Shown here piece by piece: positions 11,135 through 26,683 of a stretch of DNA of 64,000 nt. Positions within the stretch are counted from its first letter, which is position 1. The number at the start of each line of letters is the position of its first letter. The notes below the pieces were generated by a model, which ran no database searches, had not been told where the DNA came from, and worked only from the letters and a program-made list of their open reading frames with translations. The DNA is taken from positions 496,001 through 560,000 of the forward strand of contig JAXLNO010000051.1 in assembly GCA_038087875.1 (NCBI GenBank). Direction: 5' to 3'. Both the position numbers and the translations under genes were made by a program. The stretch comes from Malacoraja senta (taxonomy: Eukaryota).

Positions 11135-13821
11135 GCAGGTCCTGATGGTCTAAGCTCTGAATGTTATAAGAAATTTTACGACCTGATTTCTCCACGGCTA
11201 CAGACACTTTACAAACAAGCTTACACTCAACAGAAACTCCCAGAAACTCTAAATGAATCTACAATCGTACTTATACCGAAACCGGATAAGGACCTTGAAG
11301 ACCCAGGTTCATATAGAGCAATAGCTTTCTTAAATACTGATCAGAAAATATTAACCAAAATCCTATCTCATAGATTGAGCTTAATGATTAACAAATTAAT
11401 ACACCTCGACCAAACAGGTTTTATTCCAAAACGTTACTCATTTTATAATTTGAGAAGACTATTCAATATTATATATACAAATAGAATTCCTAATGCAGAT
11501 CTAGCAATTATTTCGTTAGATGCTGAAAAGGCATTTGACCAGGTAGAATGGACATATGTATCTTCGGTAATTAAAACATTTCAATTGGGAGAGAAGTACT
11601 GTACATGGGCTAAATTGTTATACTCCAATCCAACAGCTAGAATAACAACAAACCAAATGTTATCAGCTAAATTTAATCTTTCTAGAGGTTGTAGACAAGG
11701 ATGTTCACTATCCCCACTATTATTTGCTCTTGCAATTGAACCATTAGCAGAAAGCGTTAGAAACCATCCAGGAATACATGGATACAACACTAGAGATACA
11801 AGGAATAAAATGTCCTTATATGCAGATGATGCACTAATATATATTACAAAGTTAGAAACTAGTATTCCATATCTATTAAATCTAATAACACAATTTTGTG
11901 AGTTCTCAGGATATAGAATTAACTGGAATAAAAGTGAAATCATGCCAATTACAACATTCAATTTAAATACAATACAACAATCCCCTTTTAAAATAGTTAA
12001 AGATAAACTTAAATATTTAGGAATCTACGTACCTAAGACATATACCTCTTTATTTAAACTATATTTTCCATCCTTACTTAATAAATTACACAAGCATATT
12101 CAGTACTGGAAAACACTTCCCATTTCAATGCTTGGCAGAATTAATGCTATAAAAATGATTTTCTTACCGCAACTACTATACTTATTTCAATTAATTCCGA
12201 TATATATCCCAAAAACCTTTTCAAAAAAGTCGATTCCATTGTTACAAGCTTTATTTGGGATTATAAGAATCATAGAATAAGTAAAAAACATTTATGTAAG
12301 TCAAAGAGCAAATTTTTGCCAAATTGCCAAATTACTTATTTTATTTTTGGGCAGTGCATATTAAAAACATGAATTTCTGGCTGGAAGAAATGGATCAACA
12401 ACCAGAATGGTCAAGGAAGGAAAAGGAAGACTGTTTACCTTTTGAAATAGGTTCGATTATATTTGCTCCCACAAAACTGCATAAAAAACCTATAACGAAA
12501 ACCCTATAATACATAGTGGAATACGAATTTGGAAACAATTTAAAAAAGCTTTAAAACTGAATAATATACCACTATGTCTTCCCATTGTAAATAATCCTTT
12601 ATTCAAGCCATCCATATTGGATAGAGGTTTTATACAATGGAAAAATTATGGAATTAAAAACATTGGACATCTTTATAGGGAAGGCATATTTCTGTCATTT
12701 CAAGAGTTACAACAGAATCATGGACTACACTCAAATAACTTTTTCAGATATTTACAAATTAGAGATTATGTTAAATCCAATACACAAGTTTATAGGACTA
12801 GGGAACCAGAAATTATTGACGAATGTTTGAATAAGCATCCTAACTGAAAAATTAATAGCTTATATTTATAACACCCTCTTAAATAACGAAGTACCACCGA
12901 TGGAACTATATAGACATACATGGGAAAATGAGTTAGGTCATCCTATAACGAAAGATATTTGGGACGAAAGTTTACAACATATACATCAATGCTCGTTAAA
13001 TGCCAGACATGCTTTAATATAATTTAAAGTCTTACACAGATTACCTTACTCCAAAATAAAACTAAATAGAATCTTCCCACATATTTCTCCTATCTGTGAT
13101 AGATGCCTGCATCTAGAGACCAATTTAACACATACTTTTGCAAATTGTATAACAATTAAAAATTTCTGGACTGATATTTTCGAAATAATTTTTGCAGTTG
13201 TTAATACTAAATAGGCTCCAGACTCAAAATTAATAATACTTGGGATATCAGAACAAAGTTTAACACTTACAACAAGCCAAAGAAACTTCCTCGACTATAG
13301 TATAATAACTGGGAAAAAATTAATATAAACATTTTGGAAAGGGCCTACAACTCCACAATTAAAATATGGATTGTGGAAATGTCGGAGACCCTACATCTAG
13401 AAAGAATTAGACTTGTCTTAATGGACAAGCAAGAACTTTTTGTTAAAGTATGGGCTCCATTCATTACCTATTTGAGGGGATAGATTGACCCAGCACGAAA
13501 ACCCAACTGAAACTTGAACTCAGGATTAGATGTAATTATATTTCATAACCTACGAACTTATCTCCAATGACGTATTTTAAGTAATTCATTCCACCTCCTT
13601 TTCTTTTTTGATATTTGTAATTCTTCTTTCTCTCCATTTCTCTTTCTCTATCTATATAATAAAAAAAACACTAGAAGCCGAATGAATTGACAATTGACAA
13701 ATTTAATAATGTATGAGTGATTGATGTATATGAAAGTTTTTTTTCTATTATAATATGTTACTATACCTTATAATATGTCTGCTTCTAATAAAAAAATTAT
13801 TAAAAAAATATAAATAAAACA
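11135..13821 (+). mobile_element. 5'-truncated L1-clade LINE (RT, C-terminal region, 3' UTR, A-rich tail)
   Basis: It begins at the AGPDG motif. ORF 11375-12280 has DQTGF, SLDAEKAFDQVEW, RGCRQGCSLSPLLF, LYADD and SGYRIN. AATAAA and an A-rich tail lie at ~13787-13821. The TSD AAAACATA is at 11127-11134 and 13822-13829. Confidence 0.93.
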
Positions 13822-13974
13822 AAAACATATCCTGTTTATTTTTGTGTTACACGGGGAGTCAAATGCAACGGAATTTTGTTTAGAATTGCATTTATTGATG
13901 TATTTCTGAAAGACGATAACGTTTTTGATTGATTGATTGATTGATAGATTGATTGATTGCTTGATAAATCGTCA

Positions 13975-15740
<1,766 letters not shown>

Positions 15741-15788
15741 AGAGAGAGGGAGAGAGAATAAGAGACATACTGGGGAGAGAAGAGACAC

Positions 15789-16030
15789 TGCGCATGCGCG
15801 TGGGAAGCGTTGCGCGTGCCGATGGTCGCATCTGCGCATGCGTGGGAGTGTCAGGGCACCGGCGCACTTCATTGCGCAGCCGGCAAGTGCTTTTACCATT
15901 GCCGGCGGTCATAGTGCGCATGTGTGGAAGCCTTAGAGTGCCGGTGGCGATCGGTGCGCATGTGTGTGAGGGGACATTTGAAACTACAACTCCCAGCAGC
16001 CTTCTCGGTTGGATTCAACGTGGAGCATGG
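15789..16030. promoter_or_regulatory. Promoter-like cluster with NRF1-type GCGCATGCG sites and a ZNF143/THAP11-type ACTACAAYTCCCAG motif
   Basis: TGCGCATGCGC at 15789, TGCGCATGCG at 15833 and ACTACAACTCCCAGCAGCC at 15983. The region is CpG-rich. Confidence 0.5.
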
Positions 16031-16167
16031 AGCAGCAAAATTCCTAAAATAAACTTTTTTCTATCTTCTAAAAAAAACGTTTTTAATTTTTATTTGAAAA
16101 ATAAACGTTCTATATTTCCTACATAAACTTTTATTCTCTCCAATTACAAAAATAAATAACTGACTTT

Positions 16168-18441
16168 TGTAGCAGCACCTGCTAGCGCAAGCAGAGATCG
16201 AACCGGCGTTCGGAGCCGCGGTCACGTGACTCGGGAGGGATTGCTTGTTTCGCGCATTTTTTCACTTGCGCACGTTAATTCAGCGCTGACCACCGTTGTG
16301 GGCAGACGTGTCTGAAGAACCTGTATACTGGATATCGAACTTTTGAATTAAGATCTGTTGAAAACTCCAGTAGTCGTTTCTCAGACCACTAAATTGATGA
16401 CCCGACGTGATAGCCGTCGTTAGACAAGAAGAATTATGCAGGAAGAGAGTGTTCCCGCAGAATGTGCCAGCACGAGGCAAACTGCCAGTCTTTTGGCCTG
16501 ATCAACCTCAGGTGTGGTTCGCCATGTTGAAGCACAGTTCCACCTTCATCGTATCGACACGGACGACACGATGTATTTTCATGAGGTGGGGGCATTGCCG
16601 CAGGATTGTGCCTCGAGGCTGTTGCCCTACATCAGAGACCCTCCGTCCAGCGGCAAGTACGAGGGGCTGAAGGCCCTGTTATTCCACGCTGATGGCCTTA
16701 CCCGAAGAGACAGAGGCAGCAAGGCTGCTGCACATGGACACTATCGGCGACCGGCGGCCATCAACCACCATGGCGAAGATGTTGGTCCTGATGGACGGGC
16801 AACGCCCTTGCCTGCTTTTCGAACAAGCGTTCTTAGAGCAGATGCCCGACGAAGTCCAGCTCATGCTCGCCGCAGCTGATATCAGCGACCCGCACTGGCT
16901 CGCGGAGAGGGCTGATGAACTGTGGGCGCACAGGCGGCGGGACGTTTTCACTTTTGCCCGCCCCCTGGTCACACAATGTGTGCAGCTGAGCCGACATCGA
17001 GGAGAAGAGGAGGAATTCCAGCACCGCGCCGAAGAAGAATTATCGCGGCCAGTGGTCAACAGTCAACGCAGATGGTGCTACTACCACCAACGATTTGGAC
17101 CCGAAGCTCGAAGATGTCAGACCCCTTGTTCGTTTCTGGGAAACTCCCGGCCGATCGTCCATAGAGGCGAACGCGATCGGCCTCAACGCATGACTCTTCG
17201 TCCGCGATCGCCATTCCGGCCACCGTTTCCTGGTGGACTCCGGTGCCCATGCCAATATCCTGCCCCCAAGCGCTCGAGACATTCGTGCTGGTAAGGTAGG
17301 ACCCGTCTTCTCGGCCGTTAACGGAAGCGATATTCGCACCAACGGTACGCGGACCGCGAATCTAGATTTCGACTCCCGCCAGTACAGGTGGAAGTTTATC
17401 GTTGCTGACGTCGCCCAACCGATCCAGGGGCCGATTTCTTGCGCGCGTTCTCCCTGTTAGTCGATGTGCACGGTGGTCGCATGGTCCCTGTGTCGGACCT
17501 GCGTCCTGCCAAGCAGCGCAACTCGTCAACGCCCCTACAACACCTCAACAAGGAAGCTGAGATCCAGCAACCTCGCCGAATTTCCAGGGTTGCTCACGCC
17601 CCGGTTCGTTGTGGCCGCGCCCCGTCATGGCGTGGTCCACCACATTCCACCGAGGGTCCACCGGTACACGCCCGCGCGCGACGTCTCCCGCCCGATAAAC
17701 TGTGCTTCGCACGAGAAGGGCTACAGCTTATGGAGGACCTAGGGATCGTCCGGCAGTCGGATAGCCCTTTGGCTTCCCCGTTAAACATGGTGCCCAAAGC
17801 GTCCGGGGGTTGGAGACCTTGCGGTGCTTACAGGCGTTTGAACGCAGTAACCATAGCCTATCTGTATCCAGTCCCGAACATCCAGGATTTTTCGGCCCAT
17901 CTGGAAGGTGCGACTATCTTCTCGAAGGTCGACCTTAACCGCGAGTATAATCAAATTCCGGTCCACCCCGAAGACGTCCCTAAAACGGCCACCTTTCGGC
18001 CTTTTCGTCCCTTTCGGCCTTTCGAATGGTTCAGAATGCCTTTTGACTTGATGAACGCAGCTCAGGCGTTCCAAAGGCTAATGGATCAGGTCGGCCGGGA
18101 TTTGCCGTTTATTTTCATCTACCTAGATGACATCCTGGTAGCCAGCCACTCGCAGGCAGAGCATACCAAGCACCTCCGCTTACCTTTTCGAATGGCTGCA
18201 CAAACACGGCTGATGAACACCGAGAAGTGCCTGTTCGGTCTGCGCTCCATCTCGTTCCGAGGGCATAGCATCACCTCTCAGGGAGCGCAACCACTGCCCG
18301 AGAAACTCGACGCTATCCGTCATTTCCCCAAGCCATTATCGGTCAAGGTTCTGCACGAATTTTATATGGATGGTAACTTTTATCAACGATTCGTCCCGTC
18401 TGCAGCCGCCATCATGCGGCCGTTGTTCCAATGCCTGGCCG
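16168..18441 (+). mobile_element. Gypsy LTR retrotransposon (CsRn1-like clade), 5' part cut by an assembly gap, degenerate
   Basis: 5' LTR 16168-16393 is followed by a degenerate tRNA-Trp PBS (TGATGACCCGACGTGAT). Gag has KLPVFW and the CHCC motif CYYHQRFGPEARRCQTPC. Protease DSGA and RT YLDD are present, with many frameshifts. Confidence 0.92.
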
Positions 18442-18641
18442 NNNNNNNNNNNNNNNNNNNNNNNNNNNNNNNNNNNNNNNNNNNNNNNNNNNNNNNNNNN
18501 NNNNNNNNNNNNNNNNNNNNNNNNNNNNNNNNNNNNNNNNNNNNNNNNNNNNNNNNNNNNNNNNNNNNNNNNNNNNNNNNNNNNNNNNNNNNNNNNNNNN
18601 NNNNNNNNNNNNNNNNNNNNNNNNNNNNNNNNNNNNNNNNN
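18442..18641. other. Assembly gap (200 N)
   Basis: Run of N. Confidence 1.
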
Positions 18642-19981
18642 AAACTGCTCTAACCCTCAACAACGCCTCAAAAAACCAGCAAAAACCCTCAACAGCGCCT
18701 AAAAACCCCATCAACAACCCTCAACAACGCCTAAAAAAACCATCAACAACCCTCAATAACGCCTCAAAAAACCATCAACAACCCTCACAAAACCCTCAAG
18801 ACCCCGAAAACCCCGAAAAACTGCTGAAAAACCCGTCAACAACGTCTCCATTCCTCCACTGGTCTCTCTCTCTGTCTCCCTCCCCTCTTCCTCACCCTCC
18901 ATCTCTCCCTCCCTCTCTACCTCTCCCTCCATCACAGCTCCCTCATTCCCTCCCCTTTCCCTCAAACTCTCTCCCCTTCCGTCCCGAAACACCCTCAATC
19001 ATTTCAAACTCCGTCCCCCCCCTCAATCCCTGAACCCCCCTCACCTCCCCCACACCCCTCCCCTACACCCCCTCCCTACACCACCTCCCCTACACCCCTA
19101 CCCTACACCCCTCCCCTACTCCCGTCCACCCCTGCTCTCCACCATCCCGTCGATTCGCCACTACCTGGAAAAATAAATTCCTCCTCATCTCTTTCCTAAA
19201 GGAACGTCCACCAATTCTATCACCTCTACTCCGCCCCCTCCCCACCTACCCTACACCCCCACCCCCCCCTCCCCCACACCCCCTCCCCCACACCCCTTCC
19301 CCCACTCCTCTACACCCCCTCGCCTACACCCCCTCCTCTACACCCCCTCCCCAAAACCCCCTCCCCACATCCCTCCTCTACACCTCCTCCCCCACCCCCC
19401 CACCCCCACACCCCCTCCTCTACACCACTCTCCTGCACACCCAACCCTACCCCTCCCCCACATCCTCTCCCCTACACCCCCTCCCCTACACCCCCTCCCC
19501 ATACATTCCTCCTCCTCCTACACCCTCTCCCCTACCTTCCTCCTCCACCACACCCCCCCTACAACCCCTCCCCTACCTTCCTCCTCCCCCACACCCCTCC
19601 CTTATCTTCCTCCTCCACTACACCCCCTCCCCCACACCCCCTCCCCTATCTTCCTCCTCCTCTACACCCCCTCCCCCACACCCACTCCCCTACCTTCCTC
19701 CTCCCCCACACCCTCCCCTACACTCCCTCAAAACTGTTCATGAGAGAGAGAGAGAAGGAGGGAGAGAGGGGCAGGTAGGGGCATTGAGAAGGAGGGAGAG
19801 TGAGACTGGGGGAGAGAGGCACAGGGGAGAGTTTGAGCGAGGGAGTGGGGCTGAGAGGTGGGACACTGTGATTGGGGGAGACACTGAGAGGGAGTGAGAG
19901 AGAGAGAGAAGGGACAGGGGGAGAGTCTGAGTTTATGTTTCATTGGCAGGAAGAAGAGAGAGAGAAAGTTAATATTATGTT

Positions 19982-20105
<124 letters not shown>

Positions 20106-20169
20106 ATATGTTAGTATTATGTTAGAGAGAGGGAGAGAGAAGAAGAGACATACTGGGGAGAGAAGAGAC

Positions 20170-20530
20170 ACTGCGCATGCGCGTGGGAAGCGTTGAGCGT
20201 GCCGATGGTCGCATCTGCGCATGCGTGGGAGTGTCAGGGCACCGGCGCACTTCATTGCGCAGCCGCCAAGTGCTTTTACCATTGCCGGCGGTCATAGTGC
20301 GCATGTGTGGAAGCCTTAGAGTGCCGGTGGCGATCGGTGCTCATGTGTGTGAGGGGACATTTGAAACTACAACCCCCAGCAGCCTTCACGGTTGGATTCA
20401 ACGTAGAGCAGGAGAGCGCGGTGACTGCTGGGAGGTGTAGTCCCACCTCTGTTGCGCTCCATTGTGAGAGGGAGCAGAGGAACTACAACTCCCAGCAGCC
20501 TTCACGGTTGGATTCAACGTGGAGCATGGA
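20170..20530. promoter_or_regulatory. Second copy of the NRF1/ZNF143-type promoter-like cluster, with three ACTACA-TCCCAG-type motifs
   Basis: Motifs at 20366 (+), 20425-20441 (-) and 20482 (+). TGCGCATGCGC is at ~20172. Confidence 0.5.
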
Positions 20531-20635
20531 GCAGCAAAATTCCTAAAATTTTTAATTTTTATTTGAAAACTAAACTTTCTATATTTCCTACATAAACTTT
20601 TTTCTCTCCAATTACAAAAATAAATAACTGACTTT

Positions 20636-23600
20636 TGTAGCAGCACCTGCTAGCGCAAGCAGAGATCGAACCCGGCGTTCGGAAGCCGCGGTCACGTGAC
20701 TCGGGAGGGATTGCTTGTTTCGCGCATTTTTACACTTGCGCACGTTAATTCAGCGCTGAGCACCGTTGTGGGCAGACGTGTCTGAAGAACCTGTATACTG
20801 GATATCGAACTTTTGAATAAAGATCTGTTGAAAACTCCAGTAGTCGTTTCTCAGACCACTAAATTGATGACCCCTACGTGATAGCCGTCGTTAGACAAGA
20901 AGAATTATGCAGGAAGAGAGTGTTCCCGCAGAATGTGCCAGCACTAGGGAAACTGCCAGTCTTTTGGCCTGATCAACCTCAGGTGTGGTTCGCCATGTTG
21001 AAGCACAGTTCCACCTTCATCGTATCGACACGGACGACACGATGTATTTTCATGAGGTGGGGGCATTGCCGCAGGATTGTGCCTCGAGGCTGTTGCCCTA
21101 CATCAGAGACCCTCCGTCCAGCGGCAAGTACGAGGGGCTGAAGGCCCTGTTATTCCACGCTTATGGCTTTACCCGAAGAGACAGAGCAGCAAGGCTGCTG
21201 CACATGGACTGTATCGGCGACCGGCGGCCATCAACCACCATGGCGAAGATGTTGGCCCTGATGGACGGGCAACGCCCTTGCCTACTTTTCGAACAAGCGT
21301 TCTTAGAGCAGATGCCCGACGAAGTCCAGCTCATGCTCGCCGCAGCTGATATCAGCGACCCGCAATGGCTCGCGGAGAGGGCTGATCAACTGTGGGCGCA
21401 CAGGCGGCGGGACGTTTTCACTTTTGCCCGCCCCCTGGTCACACAATGTGTGCAGCTGAGCCGAAATCGAGGAGAAGAGGAGGAATTCCAGCCCAGCACC
21501 GAAGAAGAATTGTCGCGGCCAGTGGGCAACTGTCAACGCAGATGGTGCTACTACCACCAACGATTTGGACCCGAAGCTCGAAGATGTCAGACCCCTTGTT
21601 CGTTTCTGGGAAACTCCCCGGCCGATCGTCCATAGAGGCGAACGCGATCGGCCTTAACGCATGACTCTTCGTCCGCGATCGCCATTCCGGCCACCGTTTC
21701 CTGGTGGACTCCGGTGCCCATGCCAATATCCTGCCCCCAAGCGCTCGAGGCATTCGTGCTGGTAAGGTAGGACCCGTCTTCTCGGCCGCTAACGGAAGCG
21801 ATATTCGCACCCAGGGCCGATTTCTTGCGCGGGTTCTCCCTGTTGGTCGATGTGCGCGGTGGTCGCATGGTCCCTGTGTCGGACCTGCGTCCTGCCAAGC
21901 AGCGCAACTCGTCAACGCCCCTACAACACCTCAACAAGGTAGCTGAGATCCAGCAACCTCGCCGAATTTCCATGGTTGCTCACGCCCCGGTTCGTTGGGG
22001 CCGCGCCCCGTCATGGCGTGGTCCACCACATCCCCACCGAGGGTCCACCAGTACACGCCCGCGCGCGACGTCTCCCGCCCGATAAACCGTGCTTCGCACG
22101 AGAAGGGCTACAACTTATGGAGGACCTAGGGATCGTCCGGCAGTCGGATAGCCCTTTGGCTTCCCCGTTAAACATGGTACCCAAGGCGTCCGGGGGTTGG
22201 AGACCTTGCGGTGATTACAGGCGTTTGAACGCAGTAACCATAGCCTATCTGTATCCAGTCCCGAACATCCAGGAATTCTCGGCCCATCTGGAAGGTGCGA
22301 CTATCTTCTCGAAGGTCGACCTTAACCGCGAGTATAATCAAATTCCGGTCCACCCCGACGACGTCCCTAAACGGCCACCTTTCGGCCTTTCGTCCCTTTC
22401 GGCCTTTTGGAATGGCTCAGAAAGACTTTTGACTTGATGAACGCAGCTCAGGCGTTCCAAAGGCTAATGGATCAGGTCGGCCGGGGTTTGCCGTTTATTT
22501 TCATCTACCTAGATGACATCCTGGTAGCCAGCCACTCGCAGGCAGAGCATACCAAGCACCTCCGCTTACTTTTCGAATGGCTGCACAAACACGGCTGATG
22601 AACCCCGAGAAGTGCCTGTTCGGTCTGCGCTTCATCTCGTTCCGAGGGCATAGCATCACCTCTCAGGGAGCGCAACCACTGCCCGAGAAAGTCGACGCTA
22701 TCCGTCATTTCCCCAAGCCATTATCGGTCAAGGGTCTGCAGGATTTTATAGGGATGGTTAACTTTATCAACGATTCGTCCCGTCTGCAGCCGCCATCATG
22801 CGGCCGTTGTTCCAATGCCTGGCCGGCAATCCCAAGGACCTGGTCTGGTCTGAAGAGGCACAGAAGGCGTCCGAGGGGGCTAAGACCGCATTGGCCAACG
22901 CCACTATGCTGGTACACCCTAGGGCTTCAGCCCAAATGGCCCTCACTGTGGACGCCTCCGACGTCGCGGTAGGTGCCGTCCTCGAGCAGCGGGTAGGTAA
23001 TCGCTGGGTGCCACTGGCATTTTTCAGCAGGCAACTGCGGGCCCCCGAAGTTAAATACGGCGCTTTCGACAGGGAGCTCCTTGCGCTTTACGTGGCAATC
23101 CGTCATTTTCGATATTTCTTGGAGGGGCGCGCTTTCACTGCGTTCACCGACAACAAGCCGTTAACTTTCGCCTTGTCCAAGGTTTCTGACCCTTCGTCTG
23201 CCAGACCTCAACGGCACCTCGCCAACATTTCCGAATTCACATCTGATATTCGGCATGTGGCAGGCAAGCTGAATGTTGTGGCCGACGCATTGTCCCGTCC
23301 AGCGCTGCCCGACATTTCAGCGCTTAGTCTCGGCGTCGATTACGAGGAGCTGGCAGCCGCCCAATGGGCAGACGCCGGTATGGAGGTTTATCGCAATGGT
23401 GAATCAGGACTGAAGATGGTTTAAGTGCCATGTGGAGCCTCCGGCGTGCAAGTCCTTTGTGATATTTCCACCGGTAAAGCCCGTCCGATTCTCCCGGTCA
23501 CTTGGCGGCGGCGGATTTTCGACACCATCCACAACCTAGCGCACCCGTCCATTCGCGCCACCTCTGCCTTGGTCGCGGCGAAGTTCGTCTGGCACGGTTT

Positions 23601-24974
23601 CAGGAAGCAGGTCGCAGCATGGGCCCGTTCCTGCGTCCCATGCCAGATCTCCAAAGTGCAAAGACATGTGCACCCGCCGGTCAAGGATTTCGCCGTCGCG
23701 GACGGCAGGTTTCTGCACATCCATGTCGACCTAGTAGGTCCCTTGCCTTGCTCGCGCGGGGCTAACCACTTACTGACTACCGTAGACAGGTTACCAGGTG
23801 GGCGGAGGAAATCCCGTTGGCGGATACCTCTCTGATGCGCGCGAGGGCCATGGTATCCCATTGGATCGCTCGTTTCGGGGTCCCTTCACATATTACCACC
23901 GATAGGGGGGGCCAGTTCACGTCTTCATTGTAGTGTGGTATGGCGCAGCTGTACGGGGCGAAGCTGTACAAGACTACCGCTTATCACCTGGAGTCTAACG
24001 GGTTGGTTGAGCGGTCCAACCGGCACCTTAAGTCGGCGTTAAAAGCCAGACTCATCGGCACTGATTGGGTCGAACAGTTACCTTGGGTCCTCCTTGGCAT
24101 CAGAACAACGCCTAAGGAGGACCTCAAAGCCTCCTCGGCCGAGTTGGTTTACGGCTCGGTTTTGCAGGTTCCCGGGGATTTCTTGCCTGTCCCTCCCGAC
24201 CAGGAGGTTCCAACCTCACAGTTGTTGGCGGATCTTCGCGAGCGGGCGCGCGCCTTGGTTCCGGTTCCCGCTTCCCGGCATGGTTCGTCTTCGGTACATG
24301 TACCTACTATGTTAAGGGATTGTGCTTATGTTTTTCTCCGTAGAGACGCTCATCGTTCGCCGTTACAGGGGGTCTACGAGGGTCCGTACAGGGTGCTCAG
24401 TGCTGGTGTTTCGACGTTCACGTTGGACATGGGTGATAAAGAGGAGTTCGTCTCCGTGAGCCGCCTTAAGCCTGCACACGTTGACAAGGATAGCCTTGTG
24501 ACAGTGGCTACTCCACGGCGTAGAGGACGTCCACCTGTTGTTTTGCCGCCCTCTGCACCTGTTACCCCGGTCATGTTTCTCCGGTTCCCTTTGTTACGCC
24601 CGGCCCTCGTTCGCGTTTTTCGCGTCCCTCCGGTCCTATGTACCGGTCCCAAATGTTACGCTCGTCCCACGACCTCAGACTATGCGTTCCGGTCGTACCG
24701 TCCGTTTACCTGCGCGTTTCCGTACCGCGGATTCTGGGCGGGGCCATGTAGCGGCGCCACCTAGCGCACGCAGATATCGAACCCGGCGGTCGGAAGCCGT
24801 CGTCACGTGACTCGGGAGGGGCTGTTGTTTTCGCGCGGTTTTTCCCTGCGCGCGTTAGTTCAGCGCTGACCACCGATGTGGCCAGACGTGTCTTTTAAAC
24901 CTGTATGCTGCAACTTGAACTTTTCAAATAAAGTATTGTTGAAAACGCCAGGAGTCGTTTATCAGACCACTAAA
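20636..24974 (+). mobile_element. Full-length but degenerate Gypsy (CsRn1-like) element: LTR-gag-PR-RT-RH-IN-LTR
   Basis: 5' LTR 20636-20863, 3' LTR 24747-24974, PPT 24733-24746. RNase H has TVDAS...ELLA...FTDNKPL...NVVADALSR. Integrase has an HHCC zinc finger, SNGLVER and a GPY motif. There are several frameshifts and stops, and no TSD. Confidence 0.93.
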
Positions 24975-26208
24975 ATAACATGAATAACGTTGAGTGCAAA
25001 ATAAAATCTGGTAAAGTCCGATTAAAATAGTCCGAGGGTCTCCAATGTGGAATATGGGAGGTCAGGACTGCTCGCTAGTTGGTGATAGGGTGGTTCAGTT
25101 GCCTGATAACAGCTGGGAAGAAACTGTCCCTGAATCTGGAGGTGTGCGTTTTCACACTTCTGTACCGCTTGCCTGATGGGAGAGGAGAGAAGAGGGAGTG
25201 ACCGGGGTGAGACTGGTTGCTGCTGGCCTTGCCGAGGCAGCACCGTGGCCACACTCTCATTTATCTGTATTATGTATCTGTATATTCTGTATATGCATAT
25301 GTACATGTTCTGTGTACGTATCTGTATATGTACATATATGTATCTGTACACTGTGAATGGCTCGATTGTAATCATGTATAGTCTTTCCGCTGACTGGTCA
25401 GCACGCAGCAAAAAGCTGTTCATAAGTCACTGGAGCAGAATTAGGCCCTTCGGCCCATCGCGTCCAGTCCGCCATTCAATCATGGCTGATCGTTAAAGAA
25501 AGAACTGCAGATGCTGGAAAAATCGAAGGGAGACAAAAATGCTGGAGAAACTCAGCGCGTGATGCAGCATCTATGGAGCGAAGGGATAGGTGACGTTTCG
25601 GGTCGAGACCTTTCTTCAGACTGATGTGGTGGGGGGGGGGTGCTGGAAGAAGAAAGGAAGAGGTGGAGACAGTGTGCTGTGGGAGAGCTCGGAAGGGAGG
25701 AGAAAGCCAGGACCAAAGATCTCCGCTCTATGATCTTTGGCCAGGACTACCCCCACTCTTATCCTCGCCTCTCCTCTCCTCCCCTCCTCTGCTCGCCTCT
25801 CCTCTCCTCCCGTCTCCACTCCTCTTTTCTCCTCTCCTGCGCTGTCCAATGCCCTCCACTCTTTCCACTCCCCCCTCCCTCTCCCTCTCTCTCCCCACCC
25901 CTCAAATCCAGCACCAAAGATAATTGTAAATAGTGGAGGTGAGATATTGTCCCTTCTCTGCTCTCCTCTCCTCTGGTTTTCCCTCGTCTCCTCTCCCCTC
26001 CTTTCCTCTCCTCCCCCTCCCCTCCCCCTCCCCTCCCCCTTCCCTCCTCCCTCCCATCTTCACTACCCCCTCTTCTCTCCTCTCCACTCCTCTCCCACCA
26101 ACTTGTTGTGTCTGTGTAAGACTGTCCTTACAGTCATCACATAGGGCTCCGCCTATATTTTCTGGGAATCAGTCCGGTGGAATCTTGGCTGGAATAAAAT
26201 CCGACTTA

Positions 26209-26683
26209 AGAGGCTGTCCCACTGCGGCGACCTAATTGGCAAATTTAGAAGAGTTGCCCTCAATTCAGACTCGCACCATGGTCGACACGAGGTCCTAGGA
26301 GGTCTTTGTAACTCTCCTTCATGCTCGAAAGTAGTCCCCGCGTACTCGAGGCCTCAGCTAGGTTGCGGTGTATATTTCAACATGCTGAAAAATGCCCGCG
26401 AGGAAAAAAATGTTGCCATGGAAAAAATCAATATATATTTTACTCCTAGCTTTAGTCGAAGTAGGTCGGAGTAGGTCGCCATGTTATTCGCAGGTAATGG
26501 AGGGTAGGGAAAGGTAATCGAAGGTAGTCGAAGGTAGTCGTAGATAGTCTTCAACATAGTCGAAGAGGTCGAAGAGGTCGAAGGAGGTCTTCTAAATAGT
26601 CGAAGGAGGAACATGACACTTTTTCAAACACTCCTAAACTCTTCTAAACTCGCCAATTGGGTCACCGCAGTGGGACAGCCCCT
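26209..26683. mobile_element. PIF/Harbinger-type MITE (~475 bp)
   Basis: TIRs AGRGGCTGTCCCACTGCGGYGACCYAATTGGC... at both ends. TTA TSD at 26206-26208 and 26684-26686. Internal GTCGAAG repeats and no ORF. Confidence 0.88.
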
